DNA of 64,000 bases from the human T2T-CHM13v2.0 reference genome, Homo sapiens, in assembly GCF_009914755.1 (NCBI RefSeq), contig NC_060934.1, one strand, 5' to 3'. Under the pieces are notes generated by a model. It worked only from the letters and a program-made list of their open reading frames with translations, was not told the origin of the DNA and searched no databases. Each line of letters begins with the position of its first letter. Position 1 is the first letter of the stretch. Made by a program: the position numbers and the translations under genes. Positions 1 through 12,660 of the stretch are shown here, in pieces.

Positions 1-119
1 AGTGTTAGATGAAGAAAGTATAATCACTAGGGATGAGTTTAATTTCCTTAAGACAGACAGATATCAGGATCCTCTAATAATACATTAAAGGCCCACTAAA
101 GTCAGAGGTATGTATTTGG

Positions 120-1180
120 TAATGTACCTCACTATATTCTTGTGGACAAGAAGGAGCAATATGGATTAGGTAATGGAATAATTTGGTAAATTATTTAATG
201 GTTAATAGTTACATATTACTAACAAATAAAATGGTTTTAACCTGAAAAATTCATTTTTGTTTATATTCTGATAACATTTTCATCAGTGTTTTAGACATGT
301 TCATCTGTCAAACACATGAAAAGTGAAACAACTCTGAGGATTAGCTAATAGGTTGAATGATAAAATAAAAACCTATATGGATGTCTGTGTATTATAATTA
401 TGAAACAGCTTTTAGTCAATAAAACTAAATAGGAAAGACCCTTAAATATTACATATTTAACAATAAACCACACACACATAATGACAATGCTAGGATGAGA
501 GACATATGTTTTAAAAAGCAAGATTTTACTACAGCAAGCAGTGTTTAGCTAGCTAGGCTGTAAACCAAGGGTTGGCAAAGTATGGCCTGCAAGCCATATC
601 CAGCCAATAGACTGGTTTTGTAAATAAAGTTTTATTGCAGCATGGACACACTCATTCATTTGTGTATTGTCTATAAATGCTTTCTCACTGCAACAGCAGA
701 GCTGAATAGTTGTATAGAGATTATATGGCCCACAAAACCTAAAATCTTAGCCTCTTTCCCTTTACAGTAAAGGTTTATTAATCCTGCCTAAAAACAATTT
801 AGCAGAGTAATTTGGCTACAAGGAAAATAATGAATTTCTCTTATACGTTTAATGTCTGGACAAGGTTAATGAGAGCTATGTTTTTCTCCAGGTAGAGTAT
901 CCTGGACGTGCAGTTTAAAAAAAAAAAAGCATCACATTTTGAGAGTCTGTCATTTGAAGGCATGGTCTAGTCTAATCATGGTTTATCTCAAATGTAAGTT
1001 CAGAAATTGTGGATGTTACAGCAAGATATAATTTGACTCTAAATCAGCAAGTACTTTCAAATATTCAGAACTATCTGGAAGTGAAACAGCTTCCTCTGTA
1101 GACAGACAGCAAGTTTCTTATCCCAGAGCCTTGTAGATAGACCATCTGTGCAGGTTATAATCAGGAGATTCACAAATGTG
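120..1180 (+). mobile_element. Highly decayed CR1/L3-like LINE fragments, interrupted by a MER58-like element
   Basis: Loose resemblance to L3/CR1 reverse-transcriptase and 3' consensus, e.g. aacattttcatcagtg...ggattagctaataggttgaatgataaaat. Recognised from memory only. Confidence 0.35.
567..787. mobile_element. MER58A-like hAT-Charlie non-autonomous DNA transposon
   Basis: caagggttggcaaa...gttttgtaaataaagttttattg...tatggcccacaaaacctaaaat...ccctttacag, about 220 bp. Confidence 0.7.
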
Positions 1181-1363
1181 GTAATGATGACATAGTCACA
1201 TTGACAATGAGGCTTTTAGTCATACAGATTAAATATATACTCTATTGTGCAAACCTCCTAGTAATTGAGAATAAACTTAATCTTGGGCTGCAAGTAGATA
1301 CAAAGTATTCCCAGTTAGATTTTACATGTATACATTTTGAAACTATTAATTTTTTTAAAATAA

Positions 1364-1717
<354 letters not shown>

Positions 1718-2799
1718 TAATTCTAAAGTAAACTTTCCCCTTCATTACTTGAAGATTTATTTCAGGTGTTTTTCAGTTCCTCCTAATTTCAGCTCCTCAG
1801 TTCATATTTGGCTCACATTAATGATGGTTATCTGTTCTTGACACATAGAAAATACAAATATAGGACTTTTACTGAATTCTATTTTTTAAAAAGTTCTAAG
1901 GAAAAAGCTATTACATCCACATATATGTGTAAAATGTAACATGGACCTAAGAACTACTGTGAATAAATAGCTTGACTTTTAATACAAGAGAGTATATTGA
2001 ATTTAAAGCTAAGAATCTGGGAATTCTGGAGTACTGTCTGCTAGAAACATTATTATGTCAAAAATAACAAAAAGGGTTATTTGACATGATTTGCTGATCA
2101 CTAAGCCCACTGAGGGAAGCCCTCCAAGGTTTATGTGAGAAGTAGTCAGTTTTTTACTGGTGCAGAAGAAATGCTTTTTATTGCTCCAAGGATGGCACTG
2201 AGCCCCACAAAGCAACCACTGGGGAATATCAGGTTAATAGCATGAATCTGTGGTTATAAAACAAGCACACTGTTTTAAAAACATATTTAAAGTAATTCAT
2301 GAGTTGGATGTTTCCTGATAGGTATACTTTTCAGTTTAGGCATTTAAAAAAAAGTCTGCAGTGTACCTTTATTTTCACTTTTACTTTGGTGTTTTGATGT
2401 CTATAGAAATGAGCAGTTTCTCTACTTCTTTCCCAGAAATTAATCTCCAATGCTGACGTGAGCACAAAGACCTTATGTACTGCGCTGGGAAATATGTTGT
2501 GTTTTAAGAATAAAAATTTTCATTAGAGTTAGTTCATGCATCACAGATATTATCCTTCCTGACAAGAGGAACACTGAAGCACAGACACTGTGTTGGGCTG
2601 TAGTTCTCAATGGAAAAATTAAGCTTTTCAAAATGTTAGTCACTGCCATGCTAGATGTTTCTTTAAGTCATTTTTACTACCTGTTTTGATAGATTCTAAG
2701 AATCAGTCTTACATTGTATTTTTCTATGGCTTACTGTTAAAATCTTATTCATAAAAATAACTATCACGCATGGAAATAGTATATACCAAAATCATAAAC

Positions 2800-2950
2800 C
2801 AGAAAGTAATTTATATTTAACCCTCATAACAGTACTTCAAAGTAGAAATTATCTCATATTGTAGAGGAAACACAGGCTCAGATAGGATATAAATTGCCCA
2901 TATCACAAAACTAGTAAGTGATGGAGCTAGAATACAAACAAGATCTGCCT
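2800..2950 (-). mobile_element. MIR fragment
   Basis: gaggaaacacaggctcaga...aaattgcccatatcacaaaactagtaagtgatggagctagaa resembles the MIR core. Confidence 0.6.
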
Positions 2951-3649
2951 ATTTACACAAATCAATAATTTTTCCTCTATAACATGTTGTCATTACATGC
3001 CTTTGGTTTTCAAGTGAAATGCACTCAACTTCACATTTTAAAATATGCCACAAATGTACCCATAAAGTAAGTGAACTTGACTATTGAGTGGGACCACAAT
3101 TATTAAAAAGTTTGCCTTGGGACCTTTGAAACAAAGACAGTATAGTGACCCTCGGGGAACTGAGTTACATGCCCAAGTCCAGCCAAGAGATGGAACTTGT
3201 GGGACCTCAGGTCTCCTGCTCCAGTCTAAGTCCAGCTCTTTCCTTCCATAGGAAAGGAAGAAGAAGGAAACCATGGCTCCTTTGGCACTTTAGAAAGAAA
3301 TCCGAGCAATCCAGGGGCCAAAGCTCACACAGGCAATGAGTTCTCTTCACCTTTGTCTGGACCACTGTACCCAGGGCTCATGGATAATCCTCAAGCCCTG
3401 TGGGCTGTCAAGTAGGACGTGCCTAACTGCTAAGACTTGTGCTAACAGGAGCTCTGGGACCTCAGGGAGAATGGGCTCGCGTTCATCTTGCACCTGCCTT
3501 TGTTTTAGCACTGATCTAACTCTCACATTTTTTACCCACCAGTCTCCCTAGTAGCCTGAAAGTCATTCAGAGCCAGGGGTTGTGATGGTCCCCTCTGTGT
3601 CCACTGTCCCCAGCACAGGGTCCAGCACACCACAGTGGGTAGCAAATGC

Positions 3650-3657
3650 TATTTAAA
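3650..3657 (+). promoter_or_regulatory. TATA-like box upstream of MBL1P exon 1
   Basis: TATTTAAA about 55 nt upstream of the ATG at 3711. Confidence 0.4.
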
Positions 3658-3710
3658 TGAGATGGGATGAAATTCCCTTCCTTCACTTTCTTCACCTCAA
3701 GGTAAGGACC

Positions 3711-3894
3711 ATGTTCCTGTTTCCATCATTCCCTGTCCTTCTCCTGTCTGTGGTGACAGCTTCCTGCTCCAAAACAAAAGCCTGTGCAGATACCCAGAAG
3801 ACCTGCTCCATGATTACCTGTGGCATCCCCGTCACCAATGGCACCCCAGGCAGAGATGGGCGAGATAGACCCAAGGGGGAAAAGGGAGAGCCAG
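3711..3894 (+). pseudogene. MBL1P: MBL1P exon 1 coding part (signal peptide, Cys-rich region, start of collagen)
   Basis: [20 protein letters not shown]...[26 protein letters not shown]; donor CCAG|GTCTGG. Confidence 0.93.
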
Positions 3895-4335
3895 GTCTGG
3901 GACAGGTTTCTGTGGCTTCCTAAATCTCCACCTCCGGCAGGTGTTCAAGCAAATCTGTGCTTGAGCCTGCCACACGAGGGTTAAAGCACAGACTTGGGGA
4001 GGCTCCCCTTTCATCAGGACCCATGCTACACTCAGAACAACCCCTGTAAAATGCCATTGCCTCCAAAACAAAGCTGTTCGTGGACTCTCTGGGATCCCAT
4101 ATTTCCACACAGGAACTGGGGGTGTGTGGTTGTCCCTTCAGAGGGGTGTCCTGCCTGGTTGGGGAGCTGGCCTTGGTGCAGGCCCTCCACTAGGTTGCAG
4201 GAGAGTCTTTCTTCTTTGGGTCAGATCACTGGCTCATTGGCTGTGCCGGGGGTGAACAGGAATGGAGCATTGAGCTTTTGGGGAAAAAAAAAAGAGTGAC
4301 AGCCACTGGGTCATCTTCCCTTTGTCTTGCAACAG

Positions 4336-4452
4336 GTCAAGGGCTCAGAGGTTTGCAGGGCCCTCCTGGGAAGATGGGGCCCCCAGGAAACACAGGGACT
4401 TCTGGAATTCCAGGACCTAGGGGCCAAAAAGGAGATCGTGGGGACAATTCAG
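4336..4452 (+). pseudogene. MBL1P: MBL1P exon 2 (117-nt collagen exon)
   Basis: AG/GT bounded; [39 protein letters not shown]. Confidence 0.95.
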
Positions 4453-5297
4453 GTAAGGGGCACACGTCAGCATGTGTGGCCTGGGGGTCCCGGGCCTGGG
4501 GAGCTGAAGGACCAGCTGGGAGGTCCCCTTTTCCTTCTTCTCCTGCTGCCTCATGGGAAGATGCCCAACTCTGCATCCAGGCCCAGTGCGCCTGGCCCTC
4601 TCAGCTTTACTTGGGGCCTGAGGAGACTCCCATAGGTGCCCAGGTGCAGACGTTCAAGCCATGTAGGGCCATTCCCTCATCAGGCCCCTTAGCAGATGGG
4701 CCCTGGCTTCTCTTCAGTGGAAACAGTTCAGTGTGCACCTCCGGGGTGCCAGGGAAGAAATAAGGCCCTTTAGGGGGTTGGGTTTACGTCCATTGTCACA
4801 AGAGTGGCACGAAAATGTTCTGCCTCTTAGGACCCCTGGCTGATGGGGAACATCACAGCCAACTTAGTTCAGAGTAAAATAGAGCAAAATTCAGTAAGAA
4901 CAAAACAATAATGACAATCCACTTATTCATATTTGTCTACCAGCCTGTCAAAACAATAAAGGTATTTAAAAGTGTATCTGGAATGAGAAATGAGAAAGAA
5001 TTACAAGAAAAATTTTCAAAAAGGAGGGTAATGAGTTGAGTATTTTCTTATGAATTCTTACAATATGACAATATGCAAGCCGTATGTGGAGACGGGGGTC
5101 CAGGACTGAAGTTCCAGGTTGTGAAGGGATGTGGAGGTATAGCTGGGAAGGAGGAATGTAGTCATTTTCCCCTTTTTATTTCTTCTGCATTCTTATTTTC
5201 CTGGAATAAGCATTCTTCTTAGTAAGCTTTTTTCAAAATGCTCCGCTCTCCAAATTAAGGTCTTCTCCATAAATACCTTCTCCCTATTGCGTTGCAG

Positions 5298-5372
5298 TTG
5301 CTGAGGCTAAGCTGGCCAACTTAGAGAGAAAGCTATAGAGCCTGAGATCAGAACTGGACCACACGAAGAAGC
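5298..5372 (+). pseudogene. MBL1P: MBL1P exon 3 (neck coiled coil) with in-frame TAG
   Basis: ttgcag|TT...C|gtgag; VAEAKLANLERKL*SLRSELDHTKK, TAG at 5336-5338. Confidence 0.92.
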
Positions 5373-6045
5373 GTGAGCTTTCTCTCTGCCCATAATGTGT
5401 TCTTGGCTCTCACTCTTTTCTTCAGCGCACTCTAGATTTGGAGGAGGTGGGAGGGGAACTAATTCATGAGCGCTCGTCCTACACCAGGGCCTGTGCTGGG
5501 TGGCATTTTCCCATAAGATGGTTTCATTCAATCCTCTCAGCAACCTCAGTTGTGGTTGTTGAACTTGCTTTATTGACAGGTGAGGAAACCGAGGTGCAGG
5601 AAGTGTTAGTGACTCATTTCAGGTCACACAGCCGGGAAGTGGCAGGGGAAGGGTTGGATGGAGATCTGTTGTCTCCAAAGTCTGTGCTCCTTCCTTGTCA
5701 TCTACTGTGCTCTGATGTCTGTCCCTGCCTCTTCCTTATCCTGGTGCCCAAGCCTGCAGTGAGGCCCAAGACCGTCTCCCTATATGTACCTGTGCTGGGG
5801 CAGGTTTTAGCAGATGCTTTTTCAAGGTGGGATACCCAGGGGAGTCTGGGCTGTCTGCAGGAGTCTGGATGCCCCTTCCCAGGCTCTGCAGCTGAGGCTT
5901 ACTTCCTGACCAGGCTCTGGCCTGAACTGCTGGGCATAGGGTGATTTTTCAGAGGTCTGGCTTCCCAGGGAACTCAGACTGCTTGCCTACTGTCCTGCGC
6001 TGGGCTCCAAACCCAGCCAGCCTCACTCACCATTTGTGGTTTCAG

Positions 6046-6419
6046 TGTAAGCCTTCTCCTTGGGGAAAATGTCTGGGAAGAAGCTTTTCGTGACCAATGG
6101 TGAGCGGATGCCTTTCTCCAAAGTGAAGGCTCTGTGTGCTGGGCTCCAGGCCACAGTGGCTGCCCCCAAGAATGCCGAGGAGAATAAGGCCATCCAGGAT
6201 GTGGCCAAAGACACTGCCTTCCTGGGCATCACAGATGAGGCAACTGAAGGCCAGTTCATGTACTTGACGGGCGGGAGGCTGACCTACAGCAACTGGAAGA
6301 AGGATGAGCCAAATGACCACGGCTCAGGGGAGGACTGCGTTATTCTCCTGAACAACGGGCTCTGGAATGGCATCTCCTGCACCTCCTCCTTCATTGCCAT
6401 CTGTGAGTTTCCTGCCTGA
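6046..6419 (+). pseudogene. MBL1P: MBL1P exon 4 (C-type lectin domain) with in-frame TAA
   Basis: ttcag|TG TAA GCC TTC...; then [12 protein letters not shown]...WNGISC...AICEFPA*; four domain cysteines kept. Confidence 0.95.
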
Positions 6420-8139
6420 AGAGGCACGTTCCTCAGCCCCCTCCTTGCCTCCCTGCTGAACTCTCTGCTGCTTTGGAAGAGAATTCAATGTTGGTTTTCT
6501 TCTGCCCTGTGTTGAGTCCTTCCTTCATGTGGATGGGAGGAAAATGAAGGGGATATATTTGATTGTGGGGTGAGAACAGAAGAAGAGGCTGGCTGTCAGG
6601 CACAAGGGTTCTGGTTCAGCACATGGCAAAGGACACCACCATCCCACTAGGAGCACAGCGCTGGGTCGGAGTCTACCCTGGAAAGGGCCACATCTGACCC
6701 TCTCATTTCATGGTGAAGACACTGAAGCCCACCAGAAGGAACCAGTGGGGCCACACCTGGGTCAGAGTAGGCTGTAGATCCCAGCCACTGAGAGATCTTA
6801 TTCCTTTTCTCCATGAGTTGCCACTACTGAATGCCTAAACTCCTTCCATGGTGAGCCCAGACCTCTCTAGGACACAGGTATTGTTTCTAGTTGTTCATGA
6901 GCTGCGCCAGACAACCTCTCACTACCTGACTGTAACACTTGGCAATATCCTACGTGGGCAACAGTTGTTAGTCCTAGGAATCCTCTCATCCTGCCCATGT
7001 AGCTGTGGCCACCCTTTAGTCACTAGGGTGACCTTAAGGCCAAAGAACAGCTTTTCCTCCTGCATCATTTTAGGATGCTGACTCGATATTGAGGTGTGTC
7101 AGCTGCGTGTGAGGAGGCAAATTGTCATGCAGAGTGTACCCTTCTCCGCAGGCCTCGTGAGTCTCATGAGTCTCAGCCCCAACCCCTACTCCAGTCCCCC
7201 ACCTGCCCAGCAGCCCCTCCTTTCCCTGTAACACCCTCTTCCCATTATAGTTCAGTGGGCCCATTATCAGTACAGACAAGCGGAAAATTACCCCAAAGGT
7301 GAGCTTCATACCCTACGGGTTAAATTATGCGGGCCCAGCTGGCCAACAAATGCCATCCACTTTCGGAGCAGGCTTCTGATGCCATTGGGACCCACAGTTC
7401 TGCTCATGACCATGGCTGTTTTTCAGCTATCTCAGGGTGGGTGGCTCTGAGATGACATAGAGCCTGTGCAGCAAACTAAGGGAAGGGAATGGATTCCAGA
7501 CCTGCCGTATGCCATTCACACAATGAGATGGGAAAATATTTCATAAAAAGGCTAAGGGCCACTTTAACTCTGTGAAAAGCTTTAGTTAATCTTGGTTTTC
7601 TATTTTACTTCTCTTTGTATCTGAACTACCAGGAAAATCACCACATGGTTGGTAAGTGCTTGATGAATATTTGTCAAATGGATGCATCAAAAAATTACAC
7701 AGTGTGGGATCATGGTGGGATCCCAGGAGTGAATATCAAGCATGCTTTCTCTCAGTTGTCCTTCTTCTGTAGGACTATCCGGGCAGGGCTGGGACGTGCC
7801 AAGGGCATTGGGACCATCAGGGTGAGGGTGGCAGGACCTGTGTCCTTGGCCTCTGGCCTACATAGACAGCCATATCACTGAATTTTCAATTCCAAAAACC
7901 CCTTCTAAAGGTGCCAAAATTGGGGTCAATGAGAGGAGTATTTTCGTGATGCACAGCAAAATAATTAACTGTTTCCAATACAATCCACACTGCTTACCGA
8001 GGGAACAGGACACTGGTTAAGCTTTAGAAGCACATATGAACCATAGTGTATGGCAAATAGAGAAAGGAAGGACCAGAAACTTTTTAGAGGGAGAAAAGAC
8101 ACACATATACGGTGACCCAGAACAAAAGAATGACCAGAA

Positions 8140-8175
8140 CCAAGCATGAATGTTACACCAAGCATGAATGTTACA
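8140..8175. repeat. 18-bp tandem duplication
   Basis: ccaagcatgaatgttaca x2, followed by a partial third copy. Confidence 0.85.
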
Positions 8176-9111
8176 CCTGAATGTTCTCACAGCCTAGATG
8201 AAAATGAGAAAACTGGCCGGTGATGGTTACATCGTCCTTCCTATGTTATGCTAAGGAGGGTTGTCGTGGTCAGTGCTGAGATGAATGCCTCCTTTTCCAC
8301 ACTGTGCATAAAGGACAATATCTTCAGCCATGAAACTGTAGAACATGCAGTTATGTACTTCACATAGGGGTGAAGTACATAACTGGTTGTTATGGTTTTC
8401 CAGCATGCAATGATTGCCCCTCAGTCAGGGAAATGCAAAAAAATCTTGCAGGGCAAGCTCCAATTCTTCCATCCCCCTTTCAGACTGCTTCTCTTAGTTC
8501 CTTCTACGGGACTCTTTTCCTCCTATCTCTCTCAATGACTACAGCCTCATGTTCCTGCTCTAAGAGCTTTTTATGCCACCAATGCCCTGTACTCCTTCTC
8601 CCCAGTTCATAAGCCTCCTTCCCTGCCCCCTGGCACTTTGAGGTTCCTTGCTACTTCTCTCTTCTCTCGGCTCACCTGGCAGGGCATGAAGGCTCCTATT
8701 TCTATTTGATGGTAAGGAAGATTGCCATGGTCAGTGCTTCTGGATGGGTCGGGCTTTGTTCTCTCCCTGATCCAGCACCTAACCATCTCTTTTGAGCTCC
8801 TCTCTCTAAATGTATCTGCTGCCACACTGTTCTTCCTTTAGTCTGGAATTGAGACAGATTGCCTCTCTGTATTCATTTCTCAGTTCTTATCTGCAAGCAG
8901 TGAGAGCCTGGTGTGTGTTAGCTGGGGAGAAGGTGGAGTTAATCTGAAGATATAGGATTCTCTTTCTGCAAGAAAGATGCCAAGAAAAACAGCTTTTAAA
9001 AAAGATACAGGATTCTCATGAAAGTCCAAAGATTGAAACTTCAGTTTATCCAGGCCTTCCAGGACCTGGGACAAGAGGAAAATTTTGGATTTAAGATGAC
9101 CCTCCAAACAG

Positions 9112-9280
9112 TCTCCCTCCCTCCTACCCATCCTTCCTTCCTCCTTCCCTTTCTTCCTTCCTCCCTCCCTCCTTCCCTTCCTTCCTTTCTTCCTTTCTCC
9201 CTCCCTTCCTCCCTTCCTTTCTTACTCCCTTCCTCCCTTCCCGACTTCTCTCCTTCCCTTCTCTCTCCCTCTTTCTCTGT
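9112..9280. repeat. (CCTT)n/CT-rich simple repeat
   Basis: Polypyrimidine tract of about 170 bp. Confidence 0.95.
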
Positions 9281-9949
9281 CTGAACGGCTGAGGACAGGC
9301 AGCTTCCTTTATTAAGGAACAGACAATGATTGACATCTCTTGCACAGGGAACCCAGTGAAGCCACACACTCCACGGACAGGCCTGAGGAGCCCCAGGCAG
9401 CTCATTCCCCTGAGACTGCAGGAGTGGGGATGACTGTGAGCAACCTCTTGAGCCCTGCCGTTTGTTCGAATGGAGGAGATGTCTCTGCCATTCATTTCTC
9501 ACGTTGGTTTTTGGACCGCAGAGCTGAAAGACATCTCCTAGCTGCAGTCTTCCTTTGCTGCCTCTTGCATGGAGTAAGAACCTGAAGGCCATGCTCAGAG
9601 CATTCCTGGAAGGGAAGCTGGTGTTCAGAACTCTGTGCAGCCTGGGCTCTGGCTCTGGGCCATGCCCAGGGGAGAAGAAGGCCTCGGTCTCTGTGCACTA
9701 TGTTAGGGCTGAAGGAGAAATGGCTTGGTGGATGGGAAGTTCAGATTTTGGGAGCAGGAGACAGGGGTTTCAGGTTAGCTCCCTGACTAATGTACTCAGT
9801 GGCATGTCGGTTTCCTGGGCCTCCATTTCCCTATCTATAAATAGGTCACTAAAGACTTCTTTCCTCTAAAACTTAATGAATCAATTGTCACACACAAGTC
9901 CAGAGTGTAGGAGCCAATTCAGGAGCAAAGTGGCAGGATCTGAGTTTTT

Positions 9950-10084
9950 GTGTGTGTGTTATTTTGTAGAGATAAGGTTTCACCATGTTGTCCAGGCTGG
10001 TCTCGAACTCCTGAGCCCAGGAGATCCCCCCACCTAGGCCTCCCAAAGTGGTGAGATTACAGGTATGAGCTACTGTGCCCGGCC
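9950..10084 (-). mobile_element. Alu left monomer (FLAM-like)
   Basis: Single antisense Alu arm. Confidence 0.85.
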
Positions 10085-12092
10085 CTGTTTTCAGTTTTTG
10101 TTTCCTGGCAATTCTGTCCAAAGTAATTGTGGGCTAAATATTTATCAGCTACTTCTGAATTCTACAAAAGACAGTCTGGGTAAATTAGAATGACAAATAT
10201 ACCTTGGCCTCAAGGTGGGAACTTCGGATTTAAATTATGTCTGCAGAAGTAGAGACACAGCAAGTATAATCACAATTTGCCTCCTGTGTCTGAATGAAAA
10301 CAGCTACCAAAGCCTGTGACACTCGAGGCTCAGGCTCCTGCCTGGGTCTGAATCCTGGAATTGTAGGGCCTTGTGCCTGCAGGACACTGTTTTCTCAGAG
10401 TCCTACAGCTCTGCTGCTTCACTTTATCCATGTCCAAGCCAGAAGATGGGGAATGGGGTACCAGCTGAGGGCCCAGTGTTCATATCTTTCCAATCTTCTT
10501 CCTGCTGGTGCCAGCCAGCCTCCCTTCTCTGTGGCTGTCAGAGGGGGACCAGTGCCAGGGGTCACAGTCAGTCCCTGGACTTGCCCTCTGTGTCACAGCA
10601 GAGCCTCTGACCTGGAAGGCTGTTTGCTTGTCATTATGTAACTGGTCTGTGCTTTTGAGCCTGCCAAAGCTCAGGGTTTTTCCATTCTGGAAAGGGATTG
10701 GTTGCTATCAGAGGGCCTGGGCTGGAGATGCCGGGAAGTAGATTTTATAAAACGATGTTGTCCTGGTAACCCTGAGTGGCTGATGGGCTGCTGGGAAGAG
10801 GGGAGGAGATCAGGGCAGTGGGCCATCTGGGAAAGGGTGCTTACAACCCTGGTGGCCACTGTGTGAGGAATAGACAGTGTCCCCAACTATGAACCTGTGG
10901 TTTGTCCAGCAAACACAGGTGTATGTTTCAAAAAAGCTGGGGGCAAGCAGCCATTCATTAACCAAGCAAATGCCTTGGGTGAGGCTAGCCATTGCCAACC
11001 CACAGCCCAGCCTGCCCTGCCCTGGCTTATGCTTGTGCCACCTTGTACCTCTCTTCTGAGTAGTGACCAGCAGAATTGACTGGAATGCTTGACAAAATCA
11101 TAGGCTCTTGGCCTCATTCTGGACCCAGTGAGTGAAAACCTCAGAAATCTGTCATCTTCATGGGTTCCTCAGGTGAACCGGATGTTTGGCCAGTTTTGAA
11201 ACCACTGCCCCAAGAAATGCAGACACCACAGTGGCTTTCTGCCTGCCTCTCACCGTACAGTGCAGCCCTGGAGCCTGGAAGCCAGCATTTTCCCATTCCT
11301 TACAGGCCCCTCATGAGGTGAAGGGAGTGCTGCTTAACTGTATAGTGTCAGACCCCAAATAATCTCCCTCAACGGACCAGCGCCCCGCTAGTGAAAACCA
11401 ACTGCAGACCTAAACCTTCCCTATTTCCAGGGTTTCACTGCTTCCTGTGACTTTAGGGAGGAGGTCTGAGGTTGAGACAGCTCTGAGGAGCTTCAGAGCA
11501 CGTGAGGCACTGGATGCGTGAGACCTTGAGGGGGGAATTGTGTGCACATGGGCTTGGGGCTGTTTGTGTGTATTGTTGTACATGTGTGAGTGTGTGTTGA
11601 GTGCTTGTATGGAAACCAGCAATCCAGTATGGAAACCAGAACCCAGTGCTTGATGTTCTCAGCATCCTGCCACTGGGGGGGGGCTCAGCCCCTACCTCCC
11701 CAGCGTGTCTCCAGGTTTACCTCTGCCTACTCCCCACTGAAGAACATTGGCTCGGGCTGACCCCGGAGACTCTGGGTGAGGAGTTGAGGTGCTTGGTCAT
11801 GGACAAAAGGTCCTCTGTAAGGGGTCCTAAGCTGTGTTCTAGGACACCGGGGGGTCCACAGAGATTGAGCACTAATATGATCCTCTTCCCCTGCCAGGTC
11901 TTGGATTGTATGTCACCATTCCCCCCACCACCCGAGTCCCTACCTGACCACTGAAGCTAAGGTTGCTCCAACCCCAGTCACCCTTACAACACTCCATTTT
12001 ATTTTCTTCTAAGAATTATGGTTATCTGATATCATCTTGGCTATCTGCTTAAGTTATGTCAGTGTTGCAAAGTCATTAAGAATAAGGAATCT

Positions 12093-12410
<318 letters not shown>

Positions 12411-12660
12411 AAGAGTAAGGATTCTGGAGTCAGACTGCCTGGATTCAAATCCTGGTTCTACCAGTTTGCACCTGTGTGACCTGGGCAAGTCACATAATAC
12501 ACTCTCTGTGTGTTAGTTCCCGTCTTGGTAAAATTGGGATCATGACAGTGTCCACCTCAGAGGGTTGTTGAAGGAATAGATGAACTGATATAAGCAAGGC
12601 AATTAGGACAGCACTGGCCTGCAATAAATGCCATGCAAACATTAGTCCCTGCTGTTGTTA
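12411..12660 (+). mobile_element. MIR
   Basis: tctggagtcagactgcctggattcaaatcctggttcta...tgtgacctgggcaagtca... Confidence 0.85.

Larger units (their letters stand above)
3711..6419 (+). pseudogene. MBL1P: Mannose-binding lectin 1 (MBL-A) unprocessed pseudogene, 4 exons
   Basis: Signal peptide/Cys-rich N-terminus, collagen, neck and EPN-type lectin domain on exons 3711-3894, 4336-4452, 5298-5372 and 6046-6419. Nonsense codons at 5336 and 6048, Gly53Arg, weak intron-1 donor. Adjacent to SFTPD. Confidence 0.96.

Noticed and set aside
3657-3710. N-terminal extension of MBL1P exon 1 from ATG 3657
   Set aside because: This ATG overlaps the TATA-like box and lies upstream of the likely exon start; the signal peptide begins at 3711.
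9018-9592. ORFs of 88-183 aa rich in E/G/R/K or P/S/F/L
   Set aside because: They are translations of the (CCTT)n simple repeat.
11378-11395. CTCF-like motif cagcgccccgctagtg
   Set aside because: It needs a one-base gap to fit the core consensus; not supportable without ChIP data.
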